Shown one piece after another: positions 12,862 through 25,836 of a DNA stretch of 64,000 bases (the first letter of the stretch is position 1; every line of letters begins with the position of its first letter). The DNA comes from Moniliella sp. 'wahieum' (taxonomy: Eukaryota): assembly GCA_003971905.1 (NCBI GenBank), contig RSEE01000014.1:372001-436000 (forward strand). The letters are read 5' to 3'. Under the pieces are notes generated by a model that saw nothing but the letters and a program-made list of their open reading frames with translations, searched no databases and was not told where the DNA came from. A program made the position numbers and the translations under genes.

Positions 12862-14439
12862 TTAACCGTACTTGTGTTGAACCGTGGTGGTCACACTAAC
12901 GCCATAACTTCGTTTTGGGACGCAGGAGCTTCTGTGGGGGGATAGTCCAGCCCATCGACGTGCGGGTCGCTTCAGGACCGGAAACCCCTTCCGCCTCAAA
13001 GGGGCGAGGGTCCATTTTAAGTTCCTCAAACGAGTCGGGGCCCTTGAGAAGGGTTGGTGGCCCATTTCCAAAGGGGAGAGCGCGGGATCTGGAGCCACGT
13101 CCGTGGCCCCCGTTGGTCTGGGAGGAAAGTAGTGTTCTTCCGTGGTTGCCGTTGGGGAACGAGCCGAACGTTCCATCCTTGCCAGGTGCAGAGGAGGCAG
13201 GTCGGGGCTTCGAGGTGCAGGTACGGAAGCCGATTGCGGGCCCATCGACCGTTTGTCACCACCTGTTGAACCCCCTTGACACCATCGGACGATCGACCAA
13301 ACGAATGACTGTTGGGAGTCTCCATTGGCATCAGTCCGGCACGGGGATGGCGGCCCGCGCGCTTCAGTGAAGTGACACAGCGTGGACCTGTTGTGGTAGT
13401 AGAGCGTGTGAGTAGATAAGTTCCGGCCATGTCGGGAGGAGAGGGGATCGGATGTGCCAGCAAAACATACCAATGACAAATCCAAGGAATGAGTGGATGC
13501 AGAGAATGAGGGTTGCCCTGAGGGCATTGTAATTTTCACGGGACCAGAGAGATAGAGGGACGCCCAGATGATGGCAAACAGTTCAATCGTCGCCGCAACA
13601 GTGGCGTACCTGACCACATCGGTAAGGAAACGACGCGTGATGAAGCTCAAGCGGCCAAGCTGCGAAGGGTGCTCTGTTGCTGTCCCCAGGTTCTTGGGGG
13701 GTTCCTTCCCTGGATCGATGGAACCGATTGCGCACGATCTGCGGCATGGGGACCGATGCCTGGGCGGAGCAACAGCTTGGAACGTGATGGTCACAACCGA
13801 CAAATCGAGGACCAAGCACACCGTAAATGGCGACGGGCAACTGTTTTTGTACCTGCGGTTGGCCACACACAAATCCAATCTTCATGTTGGGTACCGGCTG
13901 GGGCAGGGTTTCCAAATGAGTCGACCCGATAAACCACATCCACAATCCCAACACGATCGTATTGCCGCACCACAACAAATAAATGGATTTTCTTCTTGCC
14001 ACCGTTAACGCTGCCGCTCGCAACGTGAGCAAGCACTGGCAATGACGTTTCCGAGCGCAACACATGCGACATAGGCCCTGGCCGTGGCCGTGCAATTGTT
14101 GGTCCGCCGTCCAAAAGAAACCGTGAGAGCGCAACACGGGATGGTAAGGAGCCGCGCAATCAGGAGTCCAATTGCAGGGAAGTGGGGCCACGCCCTTCTC
14201 TCTTGCTCGTTGCCACCAGTGTTGTTCTCCTCGGTTGGTGGTTCCAAGAACGACAAGGGAGGGGGAAGGATAGACCGTCGGAATTCGGGGTAAAGCACGT
14301 ACTTGATGTCGGCGGGAAGCTGGGTCAGCAGCTCCCACACCAGGACACCAGTCATGACCAAAGACATCCACAGTACACCTGCATCATATGTCAACTCGTC
14401 CACCTGGGCCGGGGTGGGAGTCGGGATGGGGGTGGACAT
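12862..14439 (-). CDS. Multi-pass membrane protein, DUF6533-like basidiomycete family
   Basis: N-terminal GVLVWELLTQLPADIKYV (family-like .V.D...TL..E..Y.), several hydrophobic helices, FLTDVVRY, and a Pro/Ser-rich tail. Frameshifted; 3' end approximate. Confidence 0.6.
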
Positions 14440-15192
14440 AACGACGATGCGATGAGGGGAAAATGATGGGAAAGAGGCGACGAGGAGAGCACACACCCGG
14501 TGGGGGGCAGAGAAGTTAATGAGGGGGATGTGTAGGAGAGGTCAACAGACGCTGCCTGCAGCGAAAGAAGTGGACCAGAGGAGATGTGGTGGAGAAAGAA
14601 AAGTGAATGGGTCGGAAGAAGAAGCTTGCTAGGCAGAGGTGCAAGTGCAAGTCCTATTAAAGGGTGTGGGGCGGAAGGGGGCGGGGAATGAAAATGATTA
14701 ATGAGAGCAACAGTTGTGGGACTGAGCTTGCGTGTGCCTGAGGTCAGGCGGTCACACTTGGAGCTTGAAGCTTGACGTAGGTTGGGCTGGACGATGGGAA
14801 TACGCCGAGCTAGGAACTGCCCACACGGAATGAAAAGTGTTCGTTGTCTCTCGCCGCTTTTGCTCTGGCTGCGACGGTTGCCCAACACACCCGCATATGG
14901 GGACACATGATGGACTGGTGAGGCGTGACGTGAAGGGTGAGGGGGGCGGGCGGTAGGCATCTGGATGCAGCCGTATACATAGGATGGCCGGGCAGGGCAC
15001 AGCATGCTGTAGTAGAACGCGGTGGAGCCCCATGGTGGCAAATGATGCGAACGTGCGATGCTGAGCGGCTGAGCCAGGCAGAGCCGGACCCCATCGGCGC
15101 CCACGAGGTGCGGGGCAGAGGGCTGGACAGGGCAGAGGCGGTGGGCTTGGCTGGGACACTGGTAGCATGCCACGCCGTACTGAGGCGGCCTG

Positions 15193-15545
15193 TGACATGT
15201 GACATGTGAGGCCTGAGGCTTCCAGCTTCAAGCTTCAAGCTTCAAGCTTCAAGCTTATTCACTTCACCACTAGTCACCTAGTCACCTCAGCCTGAGCCGG
15301 AGGCCTGAGTTCTTGAAGCTCTGGAGGATCTGAGACACGACGCCTGAAACTTGTAATAGCCACTAGTCACTAGCACTAGTCACCGAGCGGGATGGTCAAT
15401 GGGATCTGGGATGGGACATGGCAGGTGACCGGTGATCGATGAGACTGAGATCTGAGATGGCTACGCGTGGGGCATGGGAGTGGTGTTGCGCTGATGTGGG
15501 GACCAACCGCCAGGAACAAGCACATCATAATGCATCATGCATCAC
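15193..15545. repeat. Cluster of 7-bp TNA+palindromic-tetramer units
   Basis: TGACATG x2-TGAGGCC (15193-15213), AGCTTCA x4+AGCTT (15224-15256), CACTAGT units, TGACCGG-TGATCGA-TGA (15426-15442), TGAGATC-TGA, TAATGCA-TCATGCA-TCA. Confidence 0.85.
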
Positions 15546-16759
15546 ACACACCCGCAACCGTCGGGTCGGGTGCATGTGGCAGCAACGCCACACGTCACCG
15601 CGTCACCGTCACCCACATTGATTTTGTTCCGGTGGGTGTATTGCAACCAATCAATTTAGTTCATTGAACACCGGTTCCGGCGATGTGTCCGATGAGGGTC
15701 GAGCTGGTCGATGGCCGATGGTCTATGCAAGTCTATGGTCGATTGTGGTGAGTTATAAGTAGGCGATGGTACTGGGGGAGGACGAGTGGGCCATTGGATT
15801 TGGCCACCCGATTAGTTTAGCCGGTCGTTTTGTCCCAGTTTAATTGCAAGCGGGGATACCGGTTACCCGGTTACGGTTACCGCCTATAAGGGTTAGGGTT
15901 AACTTTATCGGTTTTACCCTCTGGTATATACCGCGCAGTCATCTTGAGCCTGCGCGGGTCTGGTTACATGTTACACTACCGTAACCAATTTTATCTGTAC
16001 CAGCTGACAGATACCTGGTGTGTAGCATGCTTCCTGGGCGATTCCCTGCAGCCTGATCGAGGGCCTGGCGGAGGCGCCTGGGTCTGATTGGTGTTGTTCC
16101 GCACTTGTGTTGCCCCACTTCAAGCTTTTGACGCATGAGTTGCATGTGTTGCATGAGAAGATGAGAAGCTGTGGGGCGGATGCGCCCCGTACGACGTGGA
16201 ACGCATATACTAGCAAAACACTCTCCTGAGCAGTGCCGTGAGCGCGTGAGCATCGAACCAGACGATAAGAGCGGTGTTAAACGTCAACATGTTAATCAGT
16301 AACTAAGATCTTAAAGAAGGGGAAGACAGTGCTTTGCTATATGTGGGAGAACAACGGCGGCCGGGTAGCTACTGAGTGTGGGGCGAAGAGCAAAACCGCA
16401 ATGATATCGCGATACACGGGAGAGGATATGAAAAAGAGAATGACAAGAGGGGAGTGTTGGAGGTAATGATCCTGGTTTCCCAGCGACGTCCTAAGTGCAG
16501 TTATGCAATGGCAGAGAGAAGACAGGAGCTGGGTTGAACCCAGACTGAGGATCAGAAGAAGAAAAGAAGAAGGAGAAGAAAGGAGGCGGCACTAGGCCAG
16601 GGGATAGGGATACTGGTGTGGTGCCGGATGAGTAAGAAGGTCAGGAGGGCCGCGGAGGTGGCTGGCCCATAGGACCCTGGTCAACAGGAGGCTGCGTACG
16701 CATGGGGCTGCCCGCACCAACGTCCCAACAAAACGCGTAGGACCCTGGGTCCCTGGAGG

Positions 16760-16995
16760 CTTAAAGCTTAAAAAGCTTTTGAAGCATTGGCTTCGATCTT
16801 ATGTAAACGTTAAACGTTGAACCTACTTTTGGAGCTTTTTTAGCCAGTTAAGCGTACGTTAAGCACGTTAAAACCCCCATTTGAAGTTCAATTTAAAGCC
16901 ACGTTTTTAAGGCGTTTTGGAGCTTGTGCGATTCGAATATCCAAGCTTTTGATTCGAATATGAAAGCGTTAAGCTTGAAGCTTAGCTTGAAGCTG
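16760..16995. repeat. AT-richer cluster of the same heptamer grammar (AGCT/ACGT cores)
   Basis: TAAACGT-TAAACGT-TGA (16804-16820), TTAAGCT-TGAAGCT-TAGCT-TGAAGCT (~16969-16994), ATTCGAATAT x2. Confidence 0.7.
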
Positions 16996-17529
16996 TTGGT
17001 ACACGAGTAAAGAGAACAGAGGATGAAAAGTGATGAACCGAAGAACGATAAACTATCGATGAACTCGATGAACGTACAGGTGTTGACGTTGAGACCAGAG
17101 ATCTCATCTCATGCAGCATCATGCACATAATGAGAGTTGCGGTGCAATATAGATACCACAAGTGTAACACAAAGTGGCGGGGTTTACGTGCGGAGCGATC
17201 GAGATGAGCGAGGACGAGGAATCGGTCACTGGAGAACGCTCTCCCTACTGGATGCCGTTTGGTCCGATAACACCGGCATAGCTATGAGCTTCCTATGGGT
17301 TAAAGACATGTGCATAGGGAGGGAAGGTAATTAGGAAACAGTCAATGATATAATAGTGTTTCTCTTGTAAACTCATTCCAGTATAGTGTTGAGTAAATCG
17401 CATGCGGAAGAAATAAGGAAAAAGGAGGGGAACTGTGGCGCCACACTGGTGTATGTAGTGAGTGGTGCGTATGGGTAGTGCAAGATCGGGCCTTCCCGTT
17501 CATTCCTTCCAATATTCCTTCTTGGAGGG

Positions 17530-17719
17530 TGTCATAGCTTGGCTGATCCCGCTCCCATTTCCAATTTCTTCGTCCTGAGCGTCTCGCTCTTTCCCTGTTT
17601 CGTCTTCCACTTCGCACCATGTCCTCTGCTCTTGCTTTTTCTCCACGAACGATTGTTGCTATAACCCGTGGCCTATAGTCCCGATTCTGATCTCCCTCGC
17701 CTTAGCCCGTACTGTGACA
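17530..17719 (-). mobile_element. Solo LTR, family A copy 2 (inverted)
   Basis: TGTCA...TGACA termini. Reverse complement aligns by eye with 10922-11103. Flanks GAGGG/AAGGG form a 4/5 TSD. Confidence 0.8.
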
Positions 17720-17816
17720 AAGGGCAGGAATTTTCTCGAGTAGCTCATGTGCAATGCAATATACATGACACCCCGTCAATTGATCCTCTCTCTGGTCTTC
17801 TATTGCAGGAACCAAA

Positions 17817-17962
17817 TGTTGAGCCAGGTGGCTCGTGCTTATTTGGCCAATGTCCCTTCAGTTCCTCCTCAGGCCTAGGAGTTCCGTTGTTTTTTTCTCT
17901 TCCTGTTTTTCCTTGTTCCGCAGCTTAGCCCCTGGTGGCGACTCGCTGCTTGGTGTTCCTCA
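17817..17962 (+). mobile_element. LTR-like fragment, family B (copia-associated)
   Basis: Starts TGTTGAGCCA and shares long near-identical blocks (CAATGTCCCTTCAGTTCCTCCTCAGGCCT, GTTCCGCAGCTTAGCCCCTGGTGGCGAC) with 41009-41157. Confidence 0.75.
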
Positions 17963-19931
17963 GTAGGCGTTGCTGGTTGGCTTAGACCATTACCACCACC
18001 ACCACCACTAGTGCGATTGCATCACCCTCGAGGACCATCCGGACTCCAGGTCTCATCACCAAACGCGATGAAAGTATCTGGATTCGGAGAGCGCGAGTCG
18101 CCGAGAGAAGAATTACTGATAAGTGTTAACGTTGACCGCCAGTGGATCAGTAGAGCCTATCAGCCTTCAAGCTTCAGTGAAGATACGTGCCCCCCCAAAA
18201 CACAAAACACCAGTACATCTTCGGGGTAGGACGTCCCGGACCACCCATGCTTCCACTGGCTTCCGGGCACGGAACCCATCAAGACCCACAGAGGTCAAGC
18301 TCTCTTTAGCTCTGAAATACTGTCTCAATTTCCCAACACCAGCATCTAGCTATAGGTCCGTGTCACTAAGCAGTTCCTCTTAGGTCTTATTACCGATTCC
18401 CCGCAGCGACTCGGCCTATAAACGGTGGTATAATGGCAAGAAGCTTGGGAACTGGAATGATTTGACAACTGACTCTCAGTGGAGACGGTTCACAATTCGG
18501 ATGTCTACCACGTTCATCCGTATCCTCACACGCTTCTTCAGGTACGGGAACGGATGGTGGCGGGCACCAGAGGGTCCTGATCTCCTGTGGCGATTCCTTT
18601 TGTTTGTTAAGCGGGGTTGGTGCTAACAAGCAGCACAAGCCGGATGAACGGGTCGGTTTAGGCGCAGCGTTTCTCTTTGTCCCAGCCTTCAAGCTCTGTC
18701 AATATGATATTGTTGCAGTAGTATAATGAGCGAAAGCTGGCACGCAACAGAGAGGAAATACAAATTGGAGCGGGCCTTTTGTCACATGGTCACATGACAT
18801 ATTGCCACATACCACATGCCACATGCATCACATGCATCATCACAGTCGCAGGGACAATAGGGTGCCACCTGGGTATAACCTGCTCTGAGATCTGACGTGC
18901 TATTTAAACGCGTAACGCGTTACGTCCTATGGATGCTGTTAATGGGTTGGGGTTGGACATACGACTTTTTGGATGTTGGAGCTTTTGAGCAGCTGGAGCG
19001 TTTGAGCGGTGGGACCCTTCCAATCTCTTTTGAAGGGAACCTTCCTAAAAACTCCTCGCAGTCAGCCTCTAACAAGTCAGTTTCAAGCTTCAATGGTGTT
19101 TTTGTAATAACGCTGAGAGTTGATAGGCGAGTCCGGCGAGTCCGGCGAGTCCATTGTCCTTTTTTTCTCTTTTTCGCTCTTTGAACCTGAGTACATGTGA
19201 TGCATATGCGAATGGAGATACTCCAAAGACAGTTTTGCAGAGAGGAGAGACGAGTTCTTTTTGGAGCGGTAACGGAAAGATTGTTAGTGGGGAGAAGAGG
19301 GAAGGAGGATGAGTCCTGAGTGGGCGAGCTTTTTTGCCACAGGGAACAGAAAAGAAAGCGTGTGGAGGGAGGAGGGGGGGAGGATGATGAGACCCACACA
19401 GAAGTGTGGGCCCTCTCTCTCATATACTTTTTTTACAGCACACGAAAATGAGAGATGTTATTTCCAGAAGTTAGGATATTTTGCGCGGTGAGCAACTGGC
19501 CGCAGCCAGATGGTCCTTACTGAAAGAGCGAGGGTGCTGATCACGGGCACAGAGGTGCGAACGAGAAGTATCGAGGGGAAGCGGCGTTGGTCGCGGACTA
19601 GAGAGAAGGGAGGAAGGCACACGCGCGCGGAAGGCAATGTTACCGCCTATAATGCCAGCGTCGCAGACGGTCTGTCTGTCTCGGGAAGCCATCATGCATC
19701 AGCCACCATGCGTCAGCCATCATGCATCAGCTCCACGCCGCAACCTTGTATTAGGCTGAAATTTGAAAGAATGCTATCCGACCCATCGGCCATTGTGCAC
19801 CTGGGCACAGGGGCGGAATGCAAAAGGGAAACGGAAAAAGAAATAAAAAAAAACCCCTGCCTCCGTCTCCAACCGTCGGCGCGTCGGGGCGCCCGAGTGC
19901 GGACACCATTGCCCTCCACCACCAGCAGCCG

Positions 19932-21769
19932 ATGGTTTCGAAGCGCAAAAGGACATCCGCTCCCCCGCGAAATCCATCGCGGCTGACCAGCCGCGTGCGA
20001 AGCGGATCAAGGCAAGGTGGGTTCGGGCACGGCCGCTGCTGACGAAGACGCGCCGTCCCAAGACACCGAGGTCGAACTTGCCCACGAGGAGTATGTCCCT
20101 CCTGCTGGCCCGGTAGAGTTACCGGAACGGCGGGGCTGTTGCCTACGCCTCCTGTTGCGCCTCGTCGCGACGCAGCCCACGCTATGCATGCGCTGGTGCA
20201 GCATCTTCTTCCTTCGGATGCGGGCGCGTCGGCGCCCCTCGCCACTCCCCCGAGCAAGGGGAAGAACAGCCGGACGATACCCCTCTGACAGAGAAGGACG
20301 CCGAGAGGCGCTTGTTTTGGTTATTTCCGCGCTCCAGAAGGAGTTGGGCGTCTCTCTCATTGCCCTACCTACATCCAAGCGCAAGGGAGGCAAGCAAGGT
20401 ACGTGGGTCAGCTCCTAGCGCGCGCCGAGAGGCGACGCCCCCACCCTTCTCGATCAGACAGGCTCTTAGGGCGACCCCTTGTTCATCGGATGGGGACAAG
20501 GTGGTTTTGTCTTCGCTGGACTCGATTCTTCATGCATTACAGCCCCGACGGCTCCGCCTCAGGCGGTGAGAGAAGAGTCTGTCCCGCGCTCCCCACTGCT
20601 TCTCTCCCTCGCCAAGGGGGACGCTGCCCGGCCGCCTGCTTCGAAGGCTGCAGGCCGGTATGCTTTGCACATGCATACGAGCGCTGGCGACATTTTTTCT
20701 ACCGAGGCGCGCTTGAGTCCATCAGCCTTGCTCATCTTGATCCTGGCCCCGCCGGTGTGGGTGGAGGTCCATTCGCTCGCGCCGCCTCCACTGGAAAGTA
20801 GGACACTTCAAAATCGTATTGAGACGCTGGACCACATGCTCGCTACAACCCTGACGTTCCCTCGCTCGATGCAGACCGACCATCTGAGGCGCCAGGGACG
20901 CTGCAAGGCCGTACGTTTCTCTTTCTCTTATCCCCCCTTGTCTGAGCTAACGTCCTGCTATGTCACAGCCGAAAACTGTACTATGGCCCCTACGACTCCT
21001 TCTTCCCTGTACGCCAAACGGACAAGGCCGCACTCTCCCCCGATATCGATTGGCAGCTACGGCAGTTCAAGCTCGATCCGCAGCGCAGGAGGGTGCGACG
21101 ACAGTGGTCTTCCAGGGCCGCTGCAGCGGCCTTGGCGCCTCCCCCCCCGGCTCCGGTACCTGCTCTGTCCCTGCTGCCCAGTCGTCTGAGGGCAGGACGA
21201 GGATGTGATTTTGCCTGACCTAAGCGCGTTTACCTGCCCTGTGCTCCTTTGCGGGAGACCTTACGCGCTTGGTTGAGGCGGTGGAGGGAGCGAGGACGCA
21301 TATCAGAAGAGATGGAGCCGGTCCAGGTTGAAACGGCGGCCTACTTGACTGAACTCCAATCGCGCCAGCTTGCCCGTCTTCGCAGGATGCAAATCTCACC
21401 TTACCCCGCCGCCTCCAGGCCCGATTCAGGAAGAGATTGCGGATGCCGCTACCGATGCGGGACTTGCACGTTCCCGCCGCACCAAGGAGTACGAGTTGTC
21501 CTCACCCCCTCCGAGGGAGAGGGACTTGGCTCAAAGGCTGGCGTAGGCTTGGCCTCTCTGCTGGAGAAGAGGGTCCGGGCACCGAACTGTGCCTCATGCC
21601 AAGGTGGTGGCAATGTGCAGTTTGGAGGCCCGGAGGACGTGGGGACTCCTTCCGCCTCCAGCATGAAAGCCATGGCTCTCCGGCACCAGGGTATCACGCC
21701 TTCGTTGGCATCGCTCTTTCCGCCGCCGGTGTCATGTCCCTGGATGAACGTCTTGGGCTGACGCGGTGA
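19932..21769 (+). CDS. Hypothetical nuclear protein, possibly Rsc58/BRD7-9 C-terminal-like
   Basis: Basic N-terminus MVSKRKR. Later KLYYGPYDSFFP and ETAAYLTELQSRQLARL resemble BRD7/9 C-terminal segments. Probable introns and frameshifts. Confidence 0.4.
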
Positions 21770-21888
21770 AGGTGGACTGAGGAATTTGCCTTTGAGTTTA
21801 TGAAGAAGAGGGGCAGAGTGGATGGGGCTATCTTCTAGCGATCCTTGGTCGCCAGATCATTCGATGCGAAGCAGATGAATGTATCGTA

Positions 21889-23542
21889 TCATAAGGACTG
21901 GCGGTAGCGGCGCCATACGTTGACCATTCCTGTGCCCATAGTAGACTCTTCCACCTCCTTGGTCGAAGCCCAGCGGCGGGGCTTGGTGGGCTGCCCCGAC
22001 CCCTCGTCAACGGAAAAAACAAAGATGTGCATGGTCAGTTTAAAGTGGGAAAAGACATGGACCACCTGACCCTTTTGGCCCACAAGCTTGACGCATCCTT
22101 CTCCCATGGACTCGGCCATTTCTGCAGCGTACGCTTCCACCTCGTCAAGAGCATGCGAATAGTTCTCCAAAGTGGGGAACTGCCACATGGAAGCCAAGAC
22201 CTGTAGCGGGGCGTTGCTCCAATGCATACCCTCGTGAGCCATGAAGAATACAGACTGCCACTTCCTTCTCTGGTTTGGGGCCTTCCTTCTTTTTAAGGGG
22301 GAAGAATTGAGCGTAAGCCCGCGCCGCGTCTTCTGCTGTGCCTTGTGAGCAAGATGGCTCTTGCTGCTCTATTTTGGGGGGGCAAACGATAAGGTGGCTT
22401 GTTTCCCCTTGGCTTGGCCTGGGGTTTGGATTTGGTCAATTTGGACTTGCTCTTGGGTGCCATTGCGGCCAAGAATACATCTTCCTCCACCGGTTCGCAT
22501 ACTGTGCACAAGTCTTCCATATCGGGTTCTTCGCCTCTAGGCAGGCAGAGGGAGGCACCCTACCAGCTGGTCAGCTCTCAGCAAATAGGTCACACAAGGT
22601 TTCAACATACCTCCATGTATGTTCGGCAGGTAGCCTGGATGGGGCATGCGCCACAAAGTGGATTAAGGGGGACACAGACTGTGCTGCCAAGTCCATGATG
22701 GCTTGGTTCCAGTCCCCTGGCACACAGGAAGGGGTTGGCCCTACGTCTTCGCCGCCTGCTGCACCAAGCGCTGTGCCACGACCCATAGCAAGTCCGTGAC
22801 CGCCTTATCCTTCACAGGTGCTCTCAACCCCAGTTGGCGCGTCAAAACCCGCACCACGTTTCCATCCAGCACCGCTTCTGGGTTGCCATATACAATCGAG
22901 CTGACAGCGCCAGCGGTGTAAGGCCCAATACCAGGGACCCCACGAAGTTCGGCTGCGGTAGAAGGGAGCTTGCCATCATACTTTTTCACAACTTCTTGGG
23001 AAGCTTGGTGGATGCGGGTCGCGCGGGAGTAGTAGCCCAATCCTTTCCACTGAGCCAGCACTTCGTCGGAAGTGGCCTTTGCGAGATTGGGAAGCGTAGG
23101 CCATCGTTCAGTCCAGCGAGTAAAGTACTCAACGACGGTAGCCACACGAGTTTGTTGCAGCATAACTTCGCTCAGCCAGACGATAGGCACGTACTCTGAC
23201 CTTGTCCTCCCACCCTTCTTCGTCGGGAAAGAAAAGGTTGACGCCAGGGCATGGGACGAACATGCTTGACCTCTTCATACCACTTGAGCAACTTGGTACG
23301 CGCTTCGACCCCGATGACGTTGAAGCAAGAAGGAGGGGGTAGTGGTATCCCTTATTATGTGGACGGCTAGGCGGGTATGCCACCGCCGAGGAGGAAGGGC
23401 CAGCCAAGATAGCTTGCTCGAGCCCGGCGTACTTGTCCCCCGCTTTGGTACGCACGCGCTTGGCGGGACGGTCTGGTTCCTCCGTCAAGGTTCATACTCC
23501 TCCGAGTCGCTGGCGGCGGGTGGCTCGGCGTCGCGGGGGCAT
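21889..23542 (-). CDS. MUTYH: A/G-specific adenine DNA glycosylase (MutY/MUTYH)
   Basis: VWLSEVMLQQTRV, W.GLGYYSRA, HhH GVPGIGPYTAGAV, DGNVVRV, PGDWNQAIMDLG, Fe-S CxxxxxxCxxCP..C, DMEDLCTVC and NUDIX-like MWQFP/HVFSH. Several indels. Confidence 0.95.
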
Positions 23543-23863
23543 ATTGCACGCAATGCCGACGTGAGATGAGGCACGAGAGAAGGAAGACGGAGATGGAGCC
23601 AAGGCAGCGAGTCGGGGGCGGCTGTAGACGCGTTCTTTCAACGCGCCGCGACAAGCGCATCTGAAATTTTCGCCGTTAAAACGTTAACCTGTAACCGGTA
23701 GCCCCCACCTGCTTGCTGGCTGGCTGTGCACAAAAACAAAACACGAAGAATAGGGCGGAATGCCCGCGGTGGCGGCACAGAGCCCATTCGAGCATATCGC
23801 CATTAGGATGAGTGACCGGGTCCACTTTAAGTCGCAGCTCTTGACGTCCTGACTTCCACTAGG

Positions 23864-24682
23864 ATGGCGGCGTTGCAACAAGGAACGGTTGAGGCAGCCA
23901 AGAAGCGTGCTCCCAAGCCGAAGGTCGCAGGCCTCACCTACACCTATACACCCGCCCCCGACGGAGCCGATTCGAACCTCCTCATCTTTCTTCATGGTTT
24001 GGGAGACAATGAGGCGGCCTTCACTCAGCTGGGACGACAACTCCAACGTGGCCCTAGTGGCACGGGCGGACCATTACCACAGATGGCTACGTTGGCCGTG
24101 CGGGGACTCGAACCGTTACCTTTCTTTCACGACGAGGGCAGGTTTCTTTGGTGGAAGGCTTTCTCCCCCTTAGGCGAAGGTATGTCCATTCTGCCCCCCG
24201 CCACATCTGTGCGACTGTGTTGCTAACCCAGAAACAGAGATGCCACCTGATCCACGAGCTGCGATTGATGCACTCCAGACGCTGCTTTCCCACCTGCGTG
24301 AATGCGGATGGAAAAACGAGAATGTGCACCTGTTTGGGTTCGCGCAAGGCGGGAGCATTGCTCTTGAACTGGCTATTGTTCTTGCCCGAGCAGGTGGGCC
24401 GCTGGGGAGTGTGGTGACTGTTGATGGTCCTCTGGTGCAGCATCCCACGTTTACTCCGCCGGTAACGACCCCGGTACTGTGCTTCCACCGCGGCGCGGCG
24501 CCCCGCTCGCCAGGGCATTCTCAAACGTTACGAACCTTCGTGCTGCCGCTACGGATGGGCCAGCGATGCCGCGCGCGAGGGAGGGCGAGTGGGACGGAAT
24601 CATTCGCTGGTGGGCAGGGACGGCGCGATGGCGGAATCGGTCGGCTATGGAGTTGACAGGGGAGGTAGTGCCGTTGCAGTAA
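23864..24682 (+). CDS. Phospholipase/carboxylesterase-like alpha/beta hydrolase (Abhydrolase_2), probably inactive
   Basis: LLIFLHGLGD and HLFGFAQGG. GT-AG intron 24180-24237 with a GCTAAC branch point. Confidence 0.85.
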
Positions 24683-24814
24683 GCGGTTATAACCAACCAC
24701 ACGAATGGAAACGCTCTGGCAGTAAGCGTGCTGAGGTACCGAGTGAGGTCGAGACCAATAGCGAGCTAGACAACCCACGCACCGCGGGGGGGCTGGACAT
24801 ATGCGGCCTGCCTG

Positions 24815-25025
24815 GCACGTGATGGCGGCACGTGACGCGTGATACACCCACCCGTCACGCGCAAAGAATGGACGCTGAGGCCCTGAGGGCGCTGAGGCGC
24901 TGAGGACAAGGCTGATGCATGATGCATGATGCATGATGCATGGTGGGCTGGGGGCGGAATGGACCATTCCGCGGCGGTGGGAGATAAGCGCAAGCGCAGC
25001 GCGAATTAAAGCAGATCATCGATCA
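24815..25025. repeat. Heptamer cluster upstream of the bZIP gene
   Basis: TGACGCG-TGA, TGATGCA x4 (24913-24940), TCATCGA-TCA (25016-25025). Confidence 0.8.
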
Positions 25026-25804
25026 GGGCGGGCTGGCCTGGCAGACGAGGCGCCAGGAGAGCCCGAGCACCCGCTGACACTGCCCGCCTGGCGAGAAGAA
25101 GGTTGCGGGCAGGCCGCAGCGGATCGAGCACCGATGCTGCATGCTGCATGCTGGGCGATTTAATCTCGATCAGGCAAGGGGGCAGGGCAGGCGCTGGGCT
25201 GCAGGAGCACGGCAGTGCGGAGTCCAGGAGACGCACATTCTGCGTCGCATCTCCCAGCAGGCCAGCAGGGTTGGCGCGCCGGCGCTCGGGCGGAGGGGCA
25301 GGCGCGCGGGGGCAGTGTGGGCGGCTGCGCTGCGTGGCGCCAGATTCGAATGCCAGCGTGGCGCTGCGGCTGTGGGCGGGCGGCAGGCATCCATGCAAGG
25401 TGCTGCGTGCCAGGCGTGCCCCGCCCGCCACACTGGCCCCGCGCCCCCTGCATCTGGCACCTCTCCTGGGCTCCGCTGTGGGGGCTGCAATGCCGACGAC
25501 CGGCGGCCTCAGGCGGTGCAGAGCGACAATGGCGCGCGCGCGCCCACACTCGCGCTGTGCCGGTGGCGCTGGCGCTGGTGCGGCGGGAAGCGGCACGAAG
25601 CGGCGGGAAGCAGCCAGGAGGCGGGGCAGCGCAGCATCATCCACCATCCATCACCCACCTTCCAGGTCCCACCCTGCCCGCCTTATAAGGGCACTGCCCC
25701 AGCCCGCTCTCCCGCCCGCTTCCACCCATCTCCGCTGCCCCCCCCCCATCTGCTGCCATCTCCTCCCCACGCAAGCCGTCCTTCGTGTGTACCAGCCCCT
25801 CCCC

Positions 25805-25805
25805 G

Positions 25806-25836
<31 letters not shown>

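Noticed and set aside
15887..15900. TAAGGGTTAGGGTT telomere-like sequence
   Set aside because: Only about two units. It may be a telobox, but this is not evidence of a telomere or fusion.
19126..19152. (GGCGAGTCC)x3 repeat
   Set aside because: Isolated short minisatellite with no further structure.
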